Counted from the stretch's first letter, positions 1 through 9,696 are shown. The stretch: 64,000 bases of DNA from Candidatus Woesearchaeota archaeon (GCA_016185755.1 JACPMX010000010.1:3863-67862), one strand, 5' to 3'. Program-made: numbers and translations. Notes: generated by a model from the sequence alone, not told the origin.

Positions 1-165
1 TGGCTTGTTTTTTGGAATATTTTCCTTTCCTTCAACTTTCCTTATCCACGGCCAGTAGACAGCAGGAATTAATATCCTGCCAATAGGGTAAGCCATAAGG
101 CAGAATTATAGGTATCGGGTTAAAAATGTTTTGCTTGGGCTGGAAAAAAGGGAAAAATAAAAAAA

Positions 166-1167
166 TTATTCTACGTCCTTGACCCCTGTCTCGTCAACGT
201 AGAAATTAGCCTCTCCTTCAGGCATTGATGGGCTGTCAATGAGCTTTGCAACCCTTGTTCCCTTCTTGCCTTTTCTTAGGTAAAGCCTGAACGTTGAGGC
301 ATGCGCCACAATATGACCCCCTATGGCCTGTGTTGGATCTCCAAAAAACATGTCGGGCTTTGCCATGACCTGGTTTGTGACATAAACAGCCAGGTTGTAC
401 ATATCGGCTAATTTAGCTAAAACGTGCATGTGCTTGTTCAGCTTCTGCTGCCTGTCAGCCAAAGTTCCTCTCCCGATGAACTCCGCCCTGAAATGGGCTG
501 TCAAAGAGTCTATGACAACAAGCTTTACATTCAAGCCTTGTTTTTTTATCAGGTCTTCAACCTTTTCAGCCAATAACATCTGATGGTCAGAATTGTATGC
601 CCTTGCCACTTTGATGTTTTTCAGCACTTGCTCTTCGTCCAGTCCGGCGCCTTTTGCAAGCTGCTGTATCCTTTCCGGCCTGAAGGTGTTTTCTGTATCT
701 ATGTAGACAGCGACTGCATCTTTGTCAGCGGCCTGTGACTTAACAGCCAGGACATGGCCGATTTGGGTTTTTCCACTTCCAAATTCACCAAAGCATTCCG
801 TTATAGCTCCTGTTTCCAGGCCGCCGCCAATCAATGTGTCGAATGACTTGCTTCCGGTCGGTATCCTTATGACCCTTTCCCTTCTTTTCAGGAGCTCTTC
901 TCCTGACTCGAAACCCATCTCTAAAGAAGACCTGGCCACAGCTATCATTTTTTTGGCCAATGCATCTCCCATGCCGGTTGCCTCTATGAGCTCTGCCGGC
1001 GATGCAACTGCAATGCTCATCAGGTCAGAGTATCCCACTGCTATCAGCTTTTCAGCTGTTGCAGCCCCGACTCCAGGAAGATCGTATATCGTCTTTTCTT
1101 CTTTTTCCATCTTTATTTCTTTTCTTTTCTTTTTTGTTTCCTGCACTTCTATAAGTTCCTGTTCCAT
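166..1167 (-). CDS. radA: DNA repair and recombination protein RadA
   Basis: 333 aa. N-terminal HhH region with DLPGVG. Walker [10 protein letters not shown]. Matches RecA/Rad51-family archaeal RadA throughout its length. Confidence 0.95.
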   Translation of the reverse strand: MEQELIEVQETKKKRKEIKMEKEEKTIYDLPGVGAATAEKLIAVGYSDLMSIAVASPAELIEATGMGDALAKKMIAVARSSLEMGFESGEELLKRRERVIRIPTGSKSFDTLIGGGLETGAITECFGEFGSGKTQIGHVLAVKSQAADKDAVAVYIDTENTFRPERIQQLAKGAGLDEEQVLKNIKVARAYNSDHQMLLAEKVEDLIKKQGLNVKLVVIDSLTAHFRAEFIGRGTLADRQQKLNKHMHVLAKLADMYNLAVYVTNQVMAKPDMFFGDPTQAIGGHIVAHASTFRLYLRKGKKGTRVAKLIDSPSMPEGEANFYVDETGVKDVE

Positions 1168-1223
1168 CTAGTATCACCTTTGGTTTTTTATATTTATGTT
1201 TTTTAAAAAAATAAAAAAAAGTC

Positions 1224-1532
1224 TTAAATGACTTCTTCTATTATGTCTTCATCCACCTCATAGTCAGAGGCATTTGCTGTTTCCCTTATCACAAGGTACT
1301 CGTATGCCTTCTGAAGGACCAATGCGGCCTTTGGCAGGTCATTAATTCTCAAAGAATTAGCTGTTTGCCAGACTCCACTCTTGTCTTTATACCTTCTCTG
1401 CAAAGAAACGGTTCTGTAACCTACTGGTTCTCCGCTTCTGCTCTTGCCTTGGTTCTGCCAGACAGTTGCAGTTATAACTCCTGTGCTGAATTTCTTTTCA
1501 GGCACGTTTCTAGTTTCGTTCATTTTCTTCAC
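1224..1532 (-). CDS. hypothetical small protein (102 aa)
   Basis: Single clean ORF with an acidic C-terminus and no recognisable motif. Preceded at 1673-1713 by a TATA box plus the ACCACTGGACA motif on the same strand. Confidence 0.4.
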   Translation of the reverse strand: MKKMNETRNVPEKKFSTGVITATVWQNQGKSRSGEPVGYRTVSLQRRYKDKSGVWQTANSLRINDLPKAALVLQKAYEYLVIRETANASDYEVDEDIIEEVI

Positions 1533-1692
1533 CCATTTGCTATTCGCGTTTTTTTCAAAGCCTCCTTGATTATGGATGCAAAGGTATTAGGCGGATTTAC
1601 GCCATTAACCTGCATTCCCAGAGGCTGGGTAAAATCGCTTTTTACGATTTCAAAAGTATAGAGTACGAGTTTCTTTATATATTCTAGGCAGA

Positions 1693-1713
1693 GATGTCCA
1701 GTGTCCAGTGGTT
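1693..1713 (-). promoter_or_regulatory. duplicated ACCACTGGACA motif (AACCACTGGACACTGGACATC) upstream of a TATA box
   Basis: Plus strand reads GATGTCCAGTGTCCAGTGGTT. On the minus strand it lies 11 nt upstream of TATATAAAG at 1673-1686 and about 140 nt upstream of the 102-aa ORF. Confidence 0.4.
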
Positions 1714-1873
1714 GTGGAATATATATGTTGGAGGAGATAGGAAGCTTAATCTAATCTTCTTTAATTACAAAAGCGCATAGTCTCTCTCGATATACCGGAC
1801 ATTTACCATTACAATAATCCAACGCTTGTAAGCATTTTAAGGAGCAAGATTAACGATTTAACCTAGCCATTCT

Positions 1874-2080
1874 TCACATAGAAATAAGATTATCTACCTG
1901 CAGCTCTTTTAGAATATTGGGATTTCTTTCCTTGACAAACAATATTTCAACCCCTATCACATCACCTTTCTTGTTGAAATCTATCACTGTGTTTTCGTCT
2001 ATCTCTTTCGTCTTGGCAACCTTATCCTTCTTCAGGGATATGTACATTGCATCCGCATCGGAATCATATCTTATTCTCAT
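1874..2080 (-). CDS. DUF2283-family protein (putative antitoxin-like partner)
   Basis: 68 aa. Opens MRIRYDSDADAMYISL, typical of DUF2283. Overlaps the upstream DUF4258 gene by 4 nt (ATGA). Confidence 0.7.
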   Translation of the reverse strand: MRIRYDSDADAMYISLKKDKVAKTKEIDENTVIDFNKKGDVIGVEILFVKERNPNILKELQVDNLISM

Positions 2081-2289
2081 TTTATGAAATAGGAGGTTAT
2101 TACCTTTATATAATTTTCTTTTACATAAATGACTTTGAGAGTGTTGCCATTCAGCCTTTTCACTGCATAAAATTTGCGCCCTTCAACTCTTGTTTCATCG
2201 GGAGCTTTAAGAGCCTCCTCGACCCAGATTTTAGGTATTTTACGTTCCCTTATCTGCTCTTCAGCATGCAGTGTATAACTAATTTTCAT
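2077..2289 (-). CDS. DUF4258-family protein (putative toxin-like partner)
   Basis: 70 aa. Start MKISYTLHAEEQIRERKI and VKRLNGNTLKVIYV are typical of DUF4258. Forms a two-gene operon with the DUF2283 gene. TATA box TTTATAAA at 2313-2320. Confidence 0.7.
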   Translation of the reverse strand: MKISYTLHAEEQIRERKIPKIWVEEALKAPDETRVEGRKFYAVKRLNGNTLKVIYVKENYIKVITSYFIK

Positions 2290-2330
2290 AAAAATTTATC
2301 AAACTTCTATAGTTTATAAATCTCATCCAA

Positions 2331-2344
2331 GAATGTCCAGTGGT
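2331..2344 (-). promoter_or_regulatory. ACCACTGGACATTC motif upstream of the TA-operon TATA box
   Basis: Reverse complement of GAATGTCCAGTGGT. TTTATAAA at 2313-2320 lies 10 nt downstream in the gene direction. The DUF4258 ATG is at 2289. Confidence 0.5.
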
Positions 2345-2346
2345 AT

Positions 2347-3336
2347 CTATCCCTGCAGCCTCTTCATCTCTTCCTCAGGGTTTGGATTTGTATCGACGCT
2401 TTGCACGACAAACTCGAGCCTGTTGAACATGGAATTCTTGTTTGTCCTTCCGTTCAGCTTGACAATAGTCCCGAGCAGGTCGTTCTTCACAGCCTCAAAG
2501 TCGGCAGGATTGTTCTTGAAATTAAGCATCTGCTCCTGGTTCTTGCCAAGCAGTTTTTCAAGCTGGTTCCTGAAAAACACGCACCTTATAGTTTCAGTTC
2601 CGTCATCAAGCACGGAGTTAAGGACATAAGCATAGGCCGGAATCACGTTTCCGTGCTCTGAGCATTCAAACAAGGCTGCAGTCGGTTTTGCCCTTTTTCC
2701 GCATCTCGGGCAGATTTCATAAAACCTTATGTCAAATACCTGCACTATTGTGCCCAGTAATTCAACTTCATTGTCGTTCTCTTTCAGCTCCTTTATCTCC
2801 TTCCTTGTGCCATTCTTGGCTTCGACAGCGACTTCCTTTACAGCCTCTCCTTTCGGATTAATCAATAGTTGCGACTTGTCATTAAGATGAATTTCTTTCC
2901 TTCCGTTATTTTCCCTTACATAGCCGCCGACAACCTTGACAATAAAGCCCTGGCCTAGATTGGCTGCATTATCTGCTTGACTGCCCCACATCACAACCCT
3001 TATCGTTCCTGTTTCATCGCCGACAAGCATGGAAGCGACTTTGCTCAATGAATCTCCCTTCATGAACTCCCTTGTCTCGTAAATCTGCAGAACTTTTCCT
3101 ACAGTCTCCACGTCCCTCATTCCGCTAAGAATGTTCTTTATCTGCAGTTTCCCGCTCAGGGGCTCGAAAATCTTCACTCCAAGCTCGTTCGCAATGATGT
3201 GGGCAGCCCCCTCTTTGCTTATCAGACCTGAAAGCTGCTTCAGCTTCTTCTCTATTCTTTCCTCGATTTCCGATACTGACATCTGCGTCTTCTCGTTTAT
3301 CTTCAGAATTATCTCCTCGTAAGGAATCTTTATCAT
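2347..3336 (-). CDS. rpa: replication protein A (ssDNA-binding, OB folds plus zinc ribbon)
   Basis: 329 aa. OB-fold regions and a C4-type Zn ribbon CPRCGK...CSEHG. Archaeal RPA architecture. Lies next to radA. Confidence 0.8.
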   Translation of the reverse strand: MIKIPYEEIILKINEKTQMSVSEIEERIEKKLKQLSGLISKEGAAHIIANELGVKIFEPLSGKLQIKNILSGMRDVETVGKVLQIYETREFMKGDSLSKVASMLVGDETGTIRVVMWGSQADNAANLGQGFIVKVVGGYVRENNGRKEIHLNDKSQLLINPKGEAVKEVAVEAKNGTRKEIKELKENDNEVELLGTIVQVFDIRFYEICPRCGKRAKPTAALFECSEHGNVIPAYAYVLNSVLDDGTETIRCVFFRNQLEKLLGKNQEQMLNFKNNPADFEAVKNDLLGTIVKLNGRTNKNSMFNRLEFVVQSVDTNPNPEEEMKRLQG

Positions 3337-3425
3337 GGGAGTAGAGGGTGCCGGATTCTTTATAAGTATTTTGGTTTGGTTCGTTGCTCAATGGATTTGG
3401 TAATTTTAAAAATTTTGAAATATAT

Positions 3426-4352
3426 CTATTGTTTTTTAGGGATATAAGCTGCAAACTTCACAACCAAAGGCCTTTCCTTCATCATTCCGTCTGTCTTGTC
3501 ATAAGCCATTATCTTGAAATCCTTCTTTTCAGCGCAAAGCCTGTAAATGCTCTTAGGATTTATGCTGCAGCTTTGGAGCTTGCTTATTTCAACAGGCTTG
3601 TTGCCGGCATCCAAAATAAGGCCGTCCTTTGGATTTTTAAGGTTGTCATTCTCCTGCTTGGCAAAGATTATGGAATTTTGCCCTTTGTAAAGGACGATCT
3701 TTTCCACTGGACCGGGGCCTTCATAGTTGCCGCTTGCGTCATTGAAAAATAGGTTAATATTTGGTGTTCCGTATTGGTTGTAATGGAATACATACCTCGC
3801 TGGTGACCATATTGAAATTCCATTTGTACCTATATCCTGCGACGTCCCGGCATCTGATTCTATCTTTATTTTCTTAAAGCTTGCCTCTTCAAACTTGAGC
3901 TCAAAGTTCTTGTTCAAAAGCCCATAATCCTCTATCTGCCATTTTGTCAATGAGAACTCCTTAGTGCATATGCAATTATTGCTGCCGGAATCAATGCAGT
4001 CCTGGAAGAACTCTGCAAATTCGTAAAGGACTTTTTCAGTCCCTTTGTCGCAGTTCAATGACCATGCAAAAGACTTGTCATTATCATTAATTTCATTCAG
4101 GCACAGGTAAATGTCTTTTTCCTTGGCGCAGCTTGAAATAGAGGCAAATGATTCCTTTATCTTCCTGTAATCATCCAGGCCATAATCAATCTTTGCCCTG
4201 AACGAAGGGTTTATGGAGTAAGTCCCGAGCAGATTGGAATCTTTCTGCCCTGCTGCAACAGCCCCGGTTATTTTATTGGCATCAGTATATACGACAAGCC
4301 CCATCAACAGCGCCGGGATCAGCATCAGCAAAAAAAGGTCTTTTGCTTCCAT
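3426..4352 (-). CDS. secreted hypothetical protein
   Basis: 308 aa. N-terminal hydrophobic signal/anchor LFLLMLIPALLMGLVV. Cys-containing. Last gene of the surface cluster. Confidence 0.5.
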   Translation of the reverse strand: MEAKDLFLLMLIPALLMGLVVYTDANKITGAVAAGQKDSNLLGTYSINPSFRAKIDYGLDDYRKIKESFASISSCAKEKDIYLCLNEINDNDKSFAWSLNCDKGTEKVLYEFAEFFQDCIDSGSNNCICTKEFSLTKWQIEDYGLLNKNFELKFEEASFKKIKIESDAGTSQDIGTNGISIWSPARYVFHYNQYGTPNINLFFNDASGNYEGPGPVEKIVLYKGQNSIIFAKQENDNLKNPKDGLILDAGNKPVEISKLQSCSINPKSIYRLCAEKKDFKIMAYDKTDGMMKERPLVVKFAAYIPKKQ

Positions 4353-4353
4353 T

Positions 4354-5475
4354 TTATGATATTGCCCTTACCTCCTGTCCTGTTTTCTGCTCGAGAGCGA
4401 CTGCCCTGTTGTACCTGTCAGTTCCGCAGCATTCGTAATGCCAAAGCTCTGCAGAATATCTTCTGAAGCCTGCCTTGTACATTACCCCTTCAAGCTCTTT
4501 CCAGTCTGCAACCGTCATTGTTTTTTTGAACCTGACATCAACGGCTTTTCCGCTCATGTGCGGGCATGAAGCAAGCCCCTTATTGGGATTGCAGACATAC
4601 TTTGCTCTTTCCGCATCAGTTGGGAATCTTTGCGCGTATTTTTCAGGAGTCCTTCCTTCCCACAGGTCTCTTTGCTCCTGCTCAGACCTGAAAGCTGAAT
4701 AAACCTCAAGTTCTTTCCCTTTTTCCTTTGCAATCCTTTGCGCATCGGCTGCTTTTTGGTAAGCTTCTAATGTCAGCCTGCATTTGATTCCTTTTGCGCA
4801 CAAATTCTCGTCGCTAAAGTCCTTGAAGCCTGAAATCTCCTGCAGAGTGGGCATCTGCTCCGGGCCGATTATTCTTTTCTCTTCTTTGGGAATTCGCTTC
4901 AGCGTCTCTTCTTTCTTCTTTATGCTTTCATCCTTCAGAATCTCAAATTTCAATGGATCTTTCGAAATACCGATAATTTCTGTGCTGCCCCTTATGTCAT
5001 AGATATAGTTGTTAAGCTGGATTTCTGAAGGGTAATTGGCAATGTATCCGCTGAATTTTTCATTGAACTGCAGCTCAAGGTTTAATTTTATTTTATTCTC
5101 GCTGAAGCAGTCAACACCTTTGTCATTCCATAGGAAATAGCCGTAATATTTTCCGCACTCTTTAATTGGAGAATGCAGGGTTGGGTGCTCTCTTGGAGTC
5201 AGGATTTCGCTTGCATAAACCTCGCTTAATCCCCCGTCTCTCGCAAGGTCGTAAACTGCCTGCTGCAAAGAATACTTTGCTGACTGGTCGATGTAAAACA
5301 AGGCTCCCTCGGCTTTCATGTAAACTTTGAGCAGTGTGAATTGCCTGTCTCCGATCGGGGAGCTGGAAAACGTCCCTGTCTTTGACAAAAGAACAATAAA
5401 CAAGTAAATCAGGATTAATGATGACAGAATAACCAGTAAAGGCAGGAAAAAAAATGATGCTTTTTTATTTTTCAT
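4354..5475 (-). CDS. membrane-anchored peptidase M15 (VanY / D-Ala-D-Ala carboxypeptidase-like) domain protein
   Basis: 373 aa. N-terminal TM segment. C-terminal domain has CPHMSGKAVD (the H-x2-G-x-A-x-D zinc-ligand motif) and ELWH (E-x-x-H), the VanY/M15 signature. Confidence 0.6.
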   Translation of the reverse strand: MKNKKASFFFLPLLVILSSLILIYLFIVLLSKTGTFSSSPIGDRQFTLLKVYMKAEGALFYIDQSAKYSLQQAVYDLARDGGLSEVYASEILTPREHPTLHSPIKECGKYYGYFLWNDKGVDCFSENKIKLNLELQFNEKFSGYIANYPSEIQLNNYIYDIRGSTEIIGISKDPLKFEILKDESIKKKEETLKRIPKEEKRIIGPEQMPTLQEISGFKDFSDENLCAKGIKCRLTLEAYQKAADAQRIAKEKGKELEVYSAFRSEQEQRDLWEGRTPEKYAQRFPTDAERAKYVCNPNKGLASCPHMSGKAVDVRFKKTMTVADWKELEGVMYKAGFRRYSAELWHYECCGTDRYNRAVALEQKTGQEVRAIS

Positions 5476-5966
5476 TTTAGAGGTATATTTTTGGTTGATG
5501 GCTGGGCTATGTCTGATTTAAATGCGACTTCTATCGCTGCGCCATATGCTGGGACAGAGATGACATTTTCAGAGCATCCAAAATGCTGCAGGCTTGAGCA
5601 TCCCCTGCTCTTGAGCTTTTCTCCGTCTATGCAAAAAATGCTGCATTTATTTCCGAAATAATCATCCATGATCTGCATTATGCTCTTTTCAGCTAATTGA
5701 TTTTTCGAGCTGTCAAATCTTGACAATGCTATAAGCTCTGCTATGCTCATTTTTGAGTTGTTTATTTCGACTGGTGTCTTGAGTATATTTATCAAAGAGA
5801 TTGTGTCTGCAACATTGCCTGATTCTTCTGGTATCTGAAAAGTGGCTTTTCCAAGTGTAAGCTTTATCAGCAGGTAAAACACCAGGATGACGAAAGCGTA
5901 GGCTAGGATGGAAAAAAAGTCAAGGAATCCCATTCCCTTTTTTCTAGTTCGGCAAAACTGCATCAA
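5472..5966 (-). CDS. class-III-signal-peptide-like (pilin-like) membrane protein
   Basis: 164 aa. N-terminus RTRKKG/MGFLDFFSILAYAFVILVFYLLI: basic stretch, Gly, then a hydrophobic helix with an acidic residue at +5. This resembles prepilins. Confidence 0.45.
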   Translation of the reverse strand: MMQFCRTRKKGMGFLDFFSILAYAFVILVFYLLIKLTLGKATFQIPEESGNVADTISLINILKTPVEINNSKMSIAELIALSRFDSSKNQLAEKSIMQIMDDYFGNKCSIFCIDGEKLKSRGCSSLQHFGCSENVISVPAYGAAIEVAFKSDIAQPSTKNIPLK

Positions 5967-6459
5967 CAGTAAGCACCCCTTTTTTTATATTATCTTTGTC
6001 TTTTATCAGAACGTAAAAGTTTGTTGAAAGCCCCCTTGCAGCGCCCTCCCCGATTAATTTTGCTTCAACAAGCACTTTTTTCTCTTTATAGAGTGGCTCA
6101 TTGTAATAGGTGGTGTACACATCACCTGACTCAATATCTTCCAGCTCAAGCTTCGCAGATGCCTCCGAATTTACGCTGCCGTAATAAATTGAGTTCAGTA
6201 TGCTGCTTTTGAATTCTTCCGATGAGAATTTTTCCAGGTCTATTGTTCCGATGTACTGCCTTTTAATCTCATCATCAACATGGCTGATATCCTTTGACAG
6301 CAGCAAGCTATGCGTCAGCAATCTTGATTCTGTCTCGAAAACATCTATTTTTTCCTTGATGGCTGCATTTGCAACCAGTGTGATGGAGTAAAACACGAAA
6401 ATTGCAAAGATTATCCTAAAAAAGTTCAGTATGTCGTCCATTGATGCTGTTTTATTCAT
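5944..6459 (-). CDS. N-terminally anchored hypothetical protein
   Basis: 171 aa. TM helix IIFAIFVFYSITLV near the N-terminus. Overlaps its neighbours by 8 and 23 nt, so translationally coupled. Confidence 0.4.
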   Translation of the reverse strand: MNKTASMDDILNFFRIIFAIFVFYSITLVANAAIKEKIDVFETESRLLTHSLLLSKDISHVDDEIKRQYIGTIDLEKFSSEEFKSSILNSIYYGSVNSEASAKLELEDIESGDVYTTYYNEPLYKEKKVLVEAKLIGEGAARGLSTNFYVLIKDKDNIKKGVLTVDAVLPN

Positions 6460-6901
6460 TCCTGCTCACTTTGATTTTTCCTTCGGATTTGGAAAACCTG
6501 AAAGACTTGGCGCCTGCAACAGAATATTTCTCTGTATCAGCATGATTTCTTCCATAATGGTAGTTCTTTGGCATGCCTTCAGCGCCTATCCTTATTGTCG
6601 GTGTTTTGTCATCCTCATACTCTGTGATTTGCAGATTGAATTTTGACAAATCAAGCTTGTTAAAAGAATATTCATAGTCAACATTGCCGGGCGCGCTGTA
6701 GAGAGTGTTCATTAAAAGCGCAATATCCCTGCTCAGAAAAATGTTCTGGAATCCTGTATCGTTCTCTATGGACTTTACATATATTACCATCAATACAACC
6801 ACAAAAAGAAGCAGCGCGGCCATTGCAATATGAATCAGCATCTGCCTTATGGTAACTTGGCTTTTTTTGCTTGAGAAATGCAAAACTGCTCTTTTTTTCA
6901 T
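6452..6901 (-). CDS. N-terminally anchored hypothetical protein
   Basis: 149 aa. TM helix IAMAALLLFVVVLMVIYV after a basic N-terminus. Confidence 0.4.
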   Translation of the reverse strand: MKKRAVLHFSSKKSQVTIRQMLIHIAMAALLLFVVVLMVIYVKSIENDTGFQNIFLSRDIALLMNTLYSAPGNVDYEYSFNKLDLSKFNLQITEYEDDKTPTIRIGAEGMPKNYHYGRNHADTEKYSVAGAKSFRFSKSEGKIKVSRNE

Positions 6902-6935
6902 AATTATTCTTTAGAATTGCACTTTAAATGCTTTT

Positions 6936-7724
6936 CTAATGAGTTGTTCCTTGAGCGCCAGCACCGCCAATAGCTCCGCCGCTTGGCTTAAAATCGCTTT
7001 TTTTGTTTAATTCTCCGATTACAATGAAAATATTTTCCCCTTCCCTGATTTTGTCAAGAGAAACCTGCTTTATTCCCCAGCTGCTGCGCCAGAAGCCGCC
7101 GCATATTCCGTAAAGCACGAGATAATTGTAGCTGGGCCACCTGTTCGAGCTCGGCTTGGCATTGGCTTGGGTGCCGAAAAAATTTGAGTCTCTTGTTGAT
7201 GCCAAAAAGACTATTTTTTCTTCGAATGGCTTGCACTTTACCGGTGCTGCATCCCCTTTAAGGTCAAAATCATTTCCAGACCAGTCTGTTATGCCGCCTG
7301 TGTTTTGGTAGATGCACAGGCATGACTTTGACTGGCATAATTTCGGCCTTGATGTAATTATGCTTTCCCCTGTGCATTCTGTCCTAACCCCATTATCATT
7401 ATAGCTAAAGCCCGCAAGTATGTAGTCATCTGTAATGCTGTACACTGTTGTTTGTGTTGTCACAGCTTTTCTGTCGTTTGCAAGCTCTTTTACCCTGTTT
7501 GACAATGCCTCAAGGTTATTAACTGTTGACTGGTACTCCTGGCCGCTGAGAAAAAGGCCGCTGAGCCTTAAGATGTAATAAAACAATACAGAAAGTATTA
7601 TTATTCCAGCTATAATCTCGATCAGAGTCCATAAAGAAAGGTCTATTATTGATCTTTTGCCTTTGAAAAAAGGTATTTTTGGCATTTCATACCTTGGCAA
7701 CAGGTGCGGCACCGCCTTCAACAC
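6936..7724 (-). CDS. N-terminally anchored secreted hypothetical protein
   Basis: 262 aa. KGKRS then LWTLIEIIAGIIILSVLFYYIL, a pilin-like N-terminal helix. Gly-rich C-terminus. Confidence 0.4.
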   Translation of the reverse strand: MLKAVPHLLPRYEMPKIPFFKGKRSIIDLSLWTLIEIIAGIIILSVLFYYILRLSGLFLSGQEYQSTVNNLEALSNRVKELANDRKAVTTQTTVYSITDDYILAGFSYNDNGVRTECTGESIITSRPKLCQSKSCLCIYQNTGGITDWSGNDFDLKGDAAPVKCKPFEEKIVFLASTRDSNFFGTQANAKPSSNRWPSYNYLVLYGICGGFWRSSWGIKQVSLDKIREGENIFIVIGELNKKSDFKPSGGAIGGAGAQGTTH

Positions 7725-8118
7725 ATCTTCGGTCGCTTGTCATGACAAAATTATCGCAGTCCCTTGCAATCTTGTCATTGTCATTTTTATCGCAGCTTCT
7801 TGGCACATCATCACCATCGCCGTCATGAGTAACATCATTATTCTTGCATCCTGCATCAGAACATACACACGGGTCGCAGTCATCCTTAAGCCCATCTCCA
7901 TCCCTGTCATTGGATTGTGTTAGTACCAATCCCCTTTCCATTGCCCTTTGGGTGTCAAATCCGCATCTCGCGAGCGCTGCCTTGTAAAGCTCAGAAGCGG
8001 TTATTCTTGCAGCTTCTGAGGTAGGCCTTCTTATGAGATTAGTGCCTGTAATCAGGACGAGCACTCCTAAAACAAGCAGTACTATAAATCCGATTCCAAT
8101 AGCCTTTTTATTCATCAT
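7687..8118 (-). CDS. pilin-like protein with thrombospondin-type-3-like Ca-binding repeats
   Basis: 143 aa. N-terminus MMNKKAIGIGFIVLLVLGVLVLI looks like a class III signal. DRDGDGLKDDCD and HDGDGDDV are Asp-rich Ca-binding loops. Confidence 0.55.
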   Translation of the reverse strand: MMNKKAIGIGFIVLLVLGVLVLITGTNLIRRPTSEAARITASELYKAALARCGFDTQRAMERGLVLTQSNDRDGDGLKDDCDPCVCSDAGCKNNDVTHDGDGDDVPRSCDKNDNDKIARDCDNFVMTSDRRCVEGGAAPVAKV

Positions 8119-8119
8119 T

Positions 8120-8374
8120 TCAGCCTCTTAGCGGGTTAATGCAGCATACTTCCTTCTGAGCATTATCTTTTTCAGGGCATGTAAATTCGGTTTTTTCGTA
8201 TTGGCAGCTAGATTCATCAACACATTCTCCGTTCTTGGACTCGCAGGAGAAAGCAGCCTTGCTAAATCCTCCTGATGCATTGCCAAGCATATATATCAAA
8301 ATTACAACTGCTATCAAGGATATCGTTGCTATCACAATTATGTTTATTGGCAATCCCTGCGCTTTTCTTTTCAT
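8120..8374 (-). CDS. class III signal peptide (type IV pilin-like) protein
   Basis: 84 aa. MKRKAQG/LPINIIVIATISLIAVVIL followed by a small Cys-rich globular part. Confidence 0.6.
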   Translation of the reverse strand: MKRKAQGLPINIIVIATISLIAVVILIYMLGNASGGFSKAAFSCESKNGECVDESSCQYEKTEFTCPEKDNAQKEVCCINPLRG

Positions 8375-8619
8375 TTTAAATTAAAAATAATAAAGCTTGG
8401 TAATGTGATAAGCCTGCCAGCGTTTATTATTAAGTTTTTTGTCTTGCCTGGTTCTGGGGTCTTGTCCTTATCAAAGTCAATTGAGCCATATGATGTTCCT
8501 ATCCCCAAAAGCTGTTTTATATAGCCCCCAAAAAATATGGAAATCAAAAAAGCAAGTATTGCTAATATAAGCAGTATAACCCAGAAAGGTACTCCGCTTC
8601 CCTGGCCTTTTCTGTTCAT
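8371..8619 (-). CDS. class III signal peptide (pilin-like) protein
   Basis: 82 aa. MNRKGQG/SGVPFWVILLILAILAFLI. Confidence 0.55.
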   Translation of the reverse strand: MNRKGQGSGVPFWVILLILAILAFLISIFFGGYIKQLLGIGTSYGSIDFDKDKTPEPGKTKNLIINAGRLITLPSFIIFNLK

Positions 8620-8822
8620 GTGAATGCGCCACCAATCGCTTTTCCAAGATTTGCCATCCTGACGCTGATAGGGCCAATCCCAAAATACAGCAATATTATA
8701 AGCAAGATTACCGCTCCCGCTACCCCAAGCGCAAAATAGTTTACATCAGCTTTTCTGTTTTTCATGTTTTTCATTTGTTTTGCCTGCAATATAAATAATT
8801 TATTGTTTGACCGGTATTTCAT
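8616..8822 (-). CDS. small membrane protein
   Basis: 68 aa with a single TM helix ALGVAGAVILLIILLYFGI. Overlaps both neighbours. Confidence 0.3.
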   Translation of the reverse strand: MKYRSNNKLFILQAKQMKNMKNRKADVNYFALGVAGAVILLIILLYFGIGPISVRMANLGKAIGGAFT

Positions 8823-9696
8823 TGCAGTTCAGGCTCTGCAGGCTTTCTGCATCATACGGGATAAAAGACAGAAATGCGGCGTGCTCAAAAGGAACCCCGC
8901 TGAAATACGCCGCGAACCCGGCCCAATAAGTCCCCCCGACAATCATTGCTCCGCCGGTTAGGGAGATAAAAGTTCCTACTGGAACTCCAACAAATGGTGT
9001 TAAGAAAGCTGAAATCACCCCTCCGGCGCCGATGCCAAGCTTGACAACAGCAAATCCAAGGGCGACAGTTCCGACAGCAGGGGCAGTGTATTTTGTTTTT
9101 TCCCAGTAATTTTTGATTTTTTCCTTGCCTTTGATGTAAGTGAATACAACAGCATACTCATTATTTACAGAGGCATCAATCACATCCTCAATTTTCCTGT
9201 TGCCAAGCGAGGCCAGATATTTAGAATACTCCGATTCACCGGGCTTTTCTGTAGTGAATAGCTGCAGATAGTTCAATTTCTCATTTTCTGGATGTGCATT
9301 GCTGAGATAATCTGTGATGCCCTTTACCTTGATGTCTTTGTTAAGGGTTATTCTTGTGCATATTGTGCAGTATACATTGTCGTCTGAAAAAAGCTCCAGC
9401 TTTCCCCTGCCATACTTGTCCCAGCAGTCAAACATCGACGAGGCTATCTGACCCTTGACTGCATTTTCGTCTTTGTCATCTATCTTAAGCTCGATTTTAG
9501 GGCAGTTTATTTTCCCTGAAAAATCGGCATATTTCAGCTTCAGCCTTGAATGGGTAAGCACGCTTGTCTTGCATATCTGCTTTTCAGCTGCCTTGTTATA
9601 AGCCTCTTTGAGGCTTGCCCACGATGTGGCTGCGACAAAAAGTATTAATATAAAAATAACCACAAAAACGAATCCGTAGTTAATTGTATTGTCCAT
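8800..9696 (-). CDS. membrane-anchored secreted protein, paralog A of a tandem pair
   Basis: 298 aa. N-terminal TM. Shares CP(K/R)x(E/N)(L/I)KI and (D/L)CW(D/Y)K motifs with the adjacent 9698-10474 product. Gly-rich hydrophobic C-terminal segment. Confidence 0.5.
   Translation of the reverse strand: MDNTINYGFVFVVIFILILFVAATSWASLKEAYNKAAEKQICKTSVLTHSRLKLKYADFSGKINCPKIELKIDDKDENAVKGQIASSMFDCWDKYGRGKLELFSDDNVYCTICTRITLNKDIKVKGITDYLSNAHPENEKLNYLQLFTTEKPGESEYSKYLASLGNRKIEDVIDASVNNEYAVVFTYIKGKEKIKNYWEKTKYTAPAVGTVALGFAVVKLGIGAGGVISAFLTPFVGVPVGTFISLTGGAMIVGGTYWAGFAAYFSGVPFEHAAFLSFIPYDAESLQSLNCNEIPVKQ

Noticed and set aside
1533-1873. Possible tRNA or other small RNA in the 340-bp non-coding gap.
   Set aside because: No T-loop (GTTCRANYC), no cloverleaf, and no CCA-compatible acceptor could be found by eye. 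The region is better explained as promoter plus leader for the 102-aa ORF.
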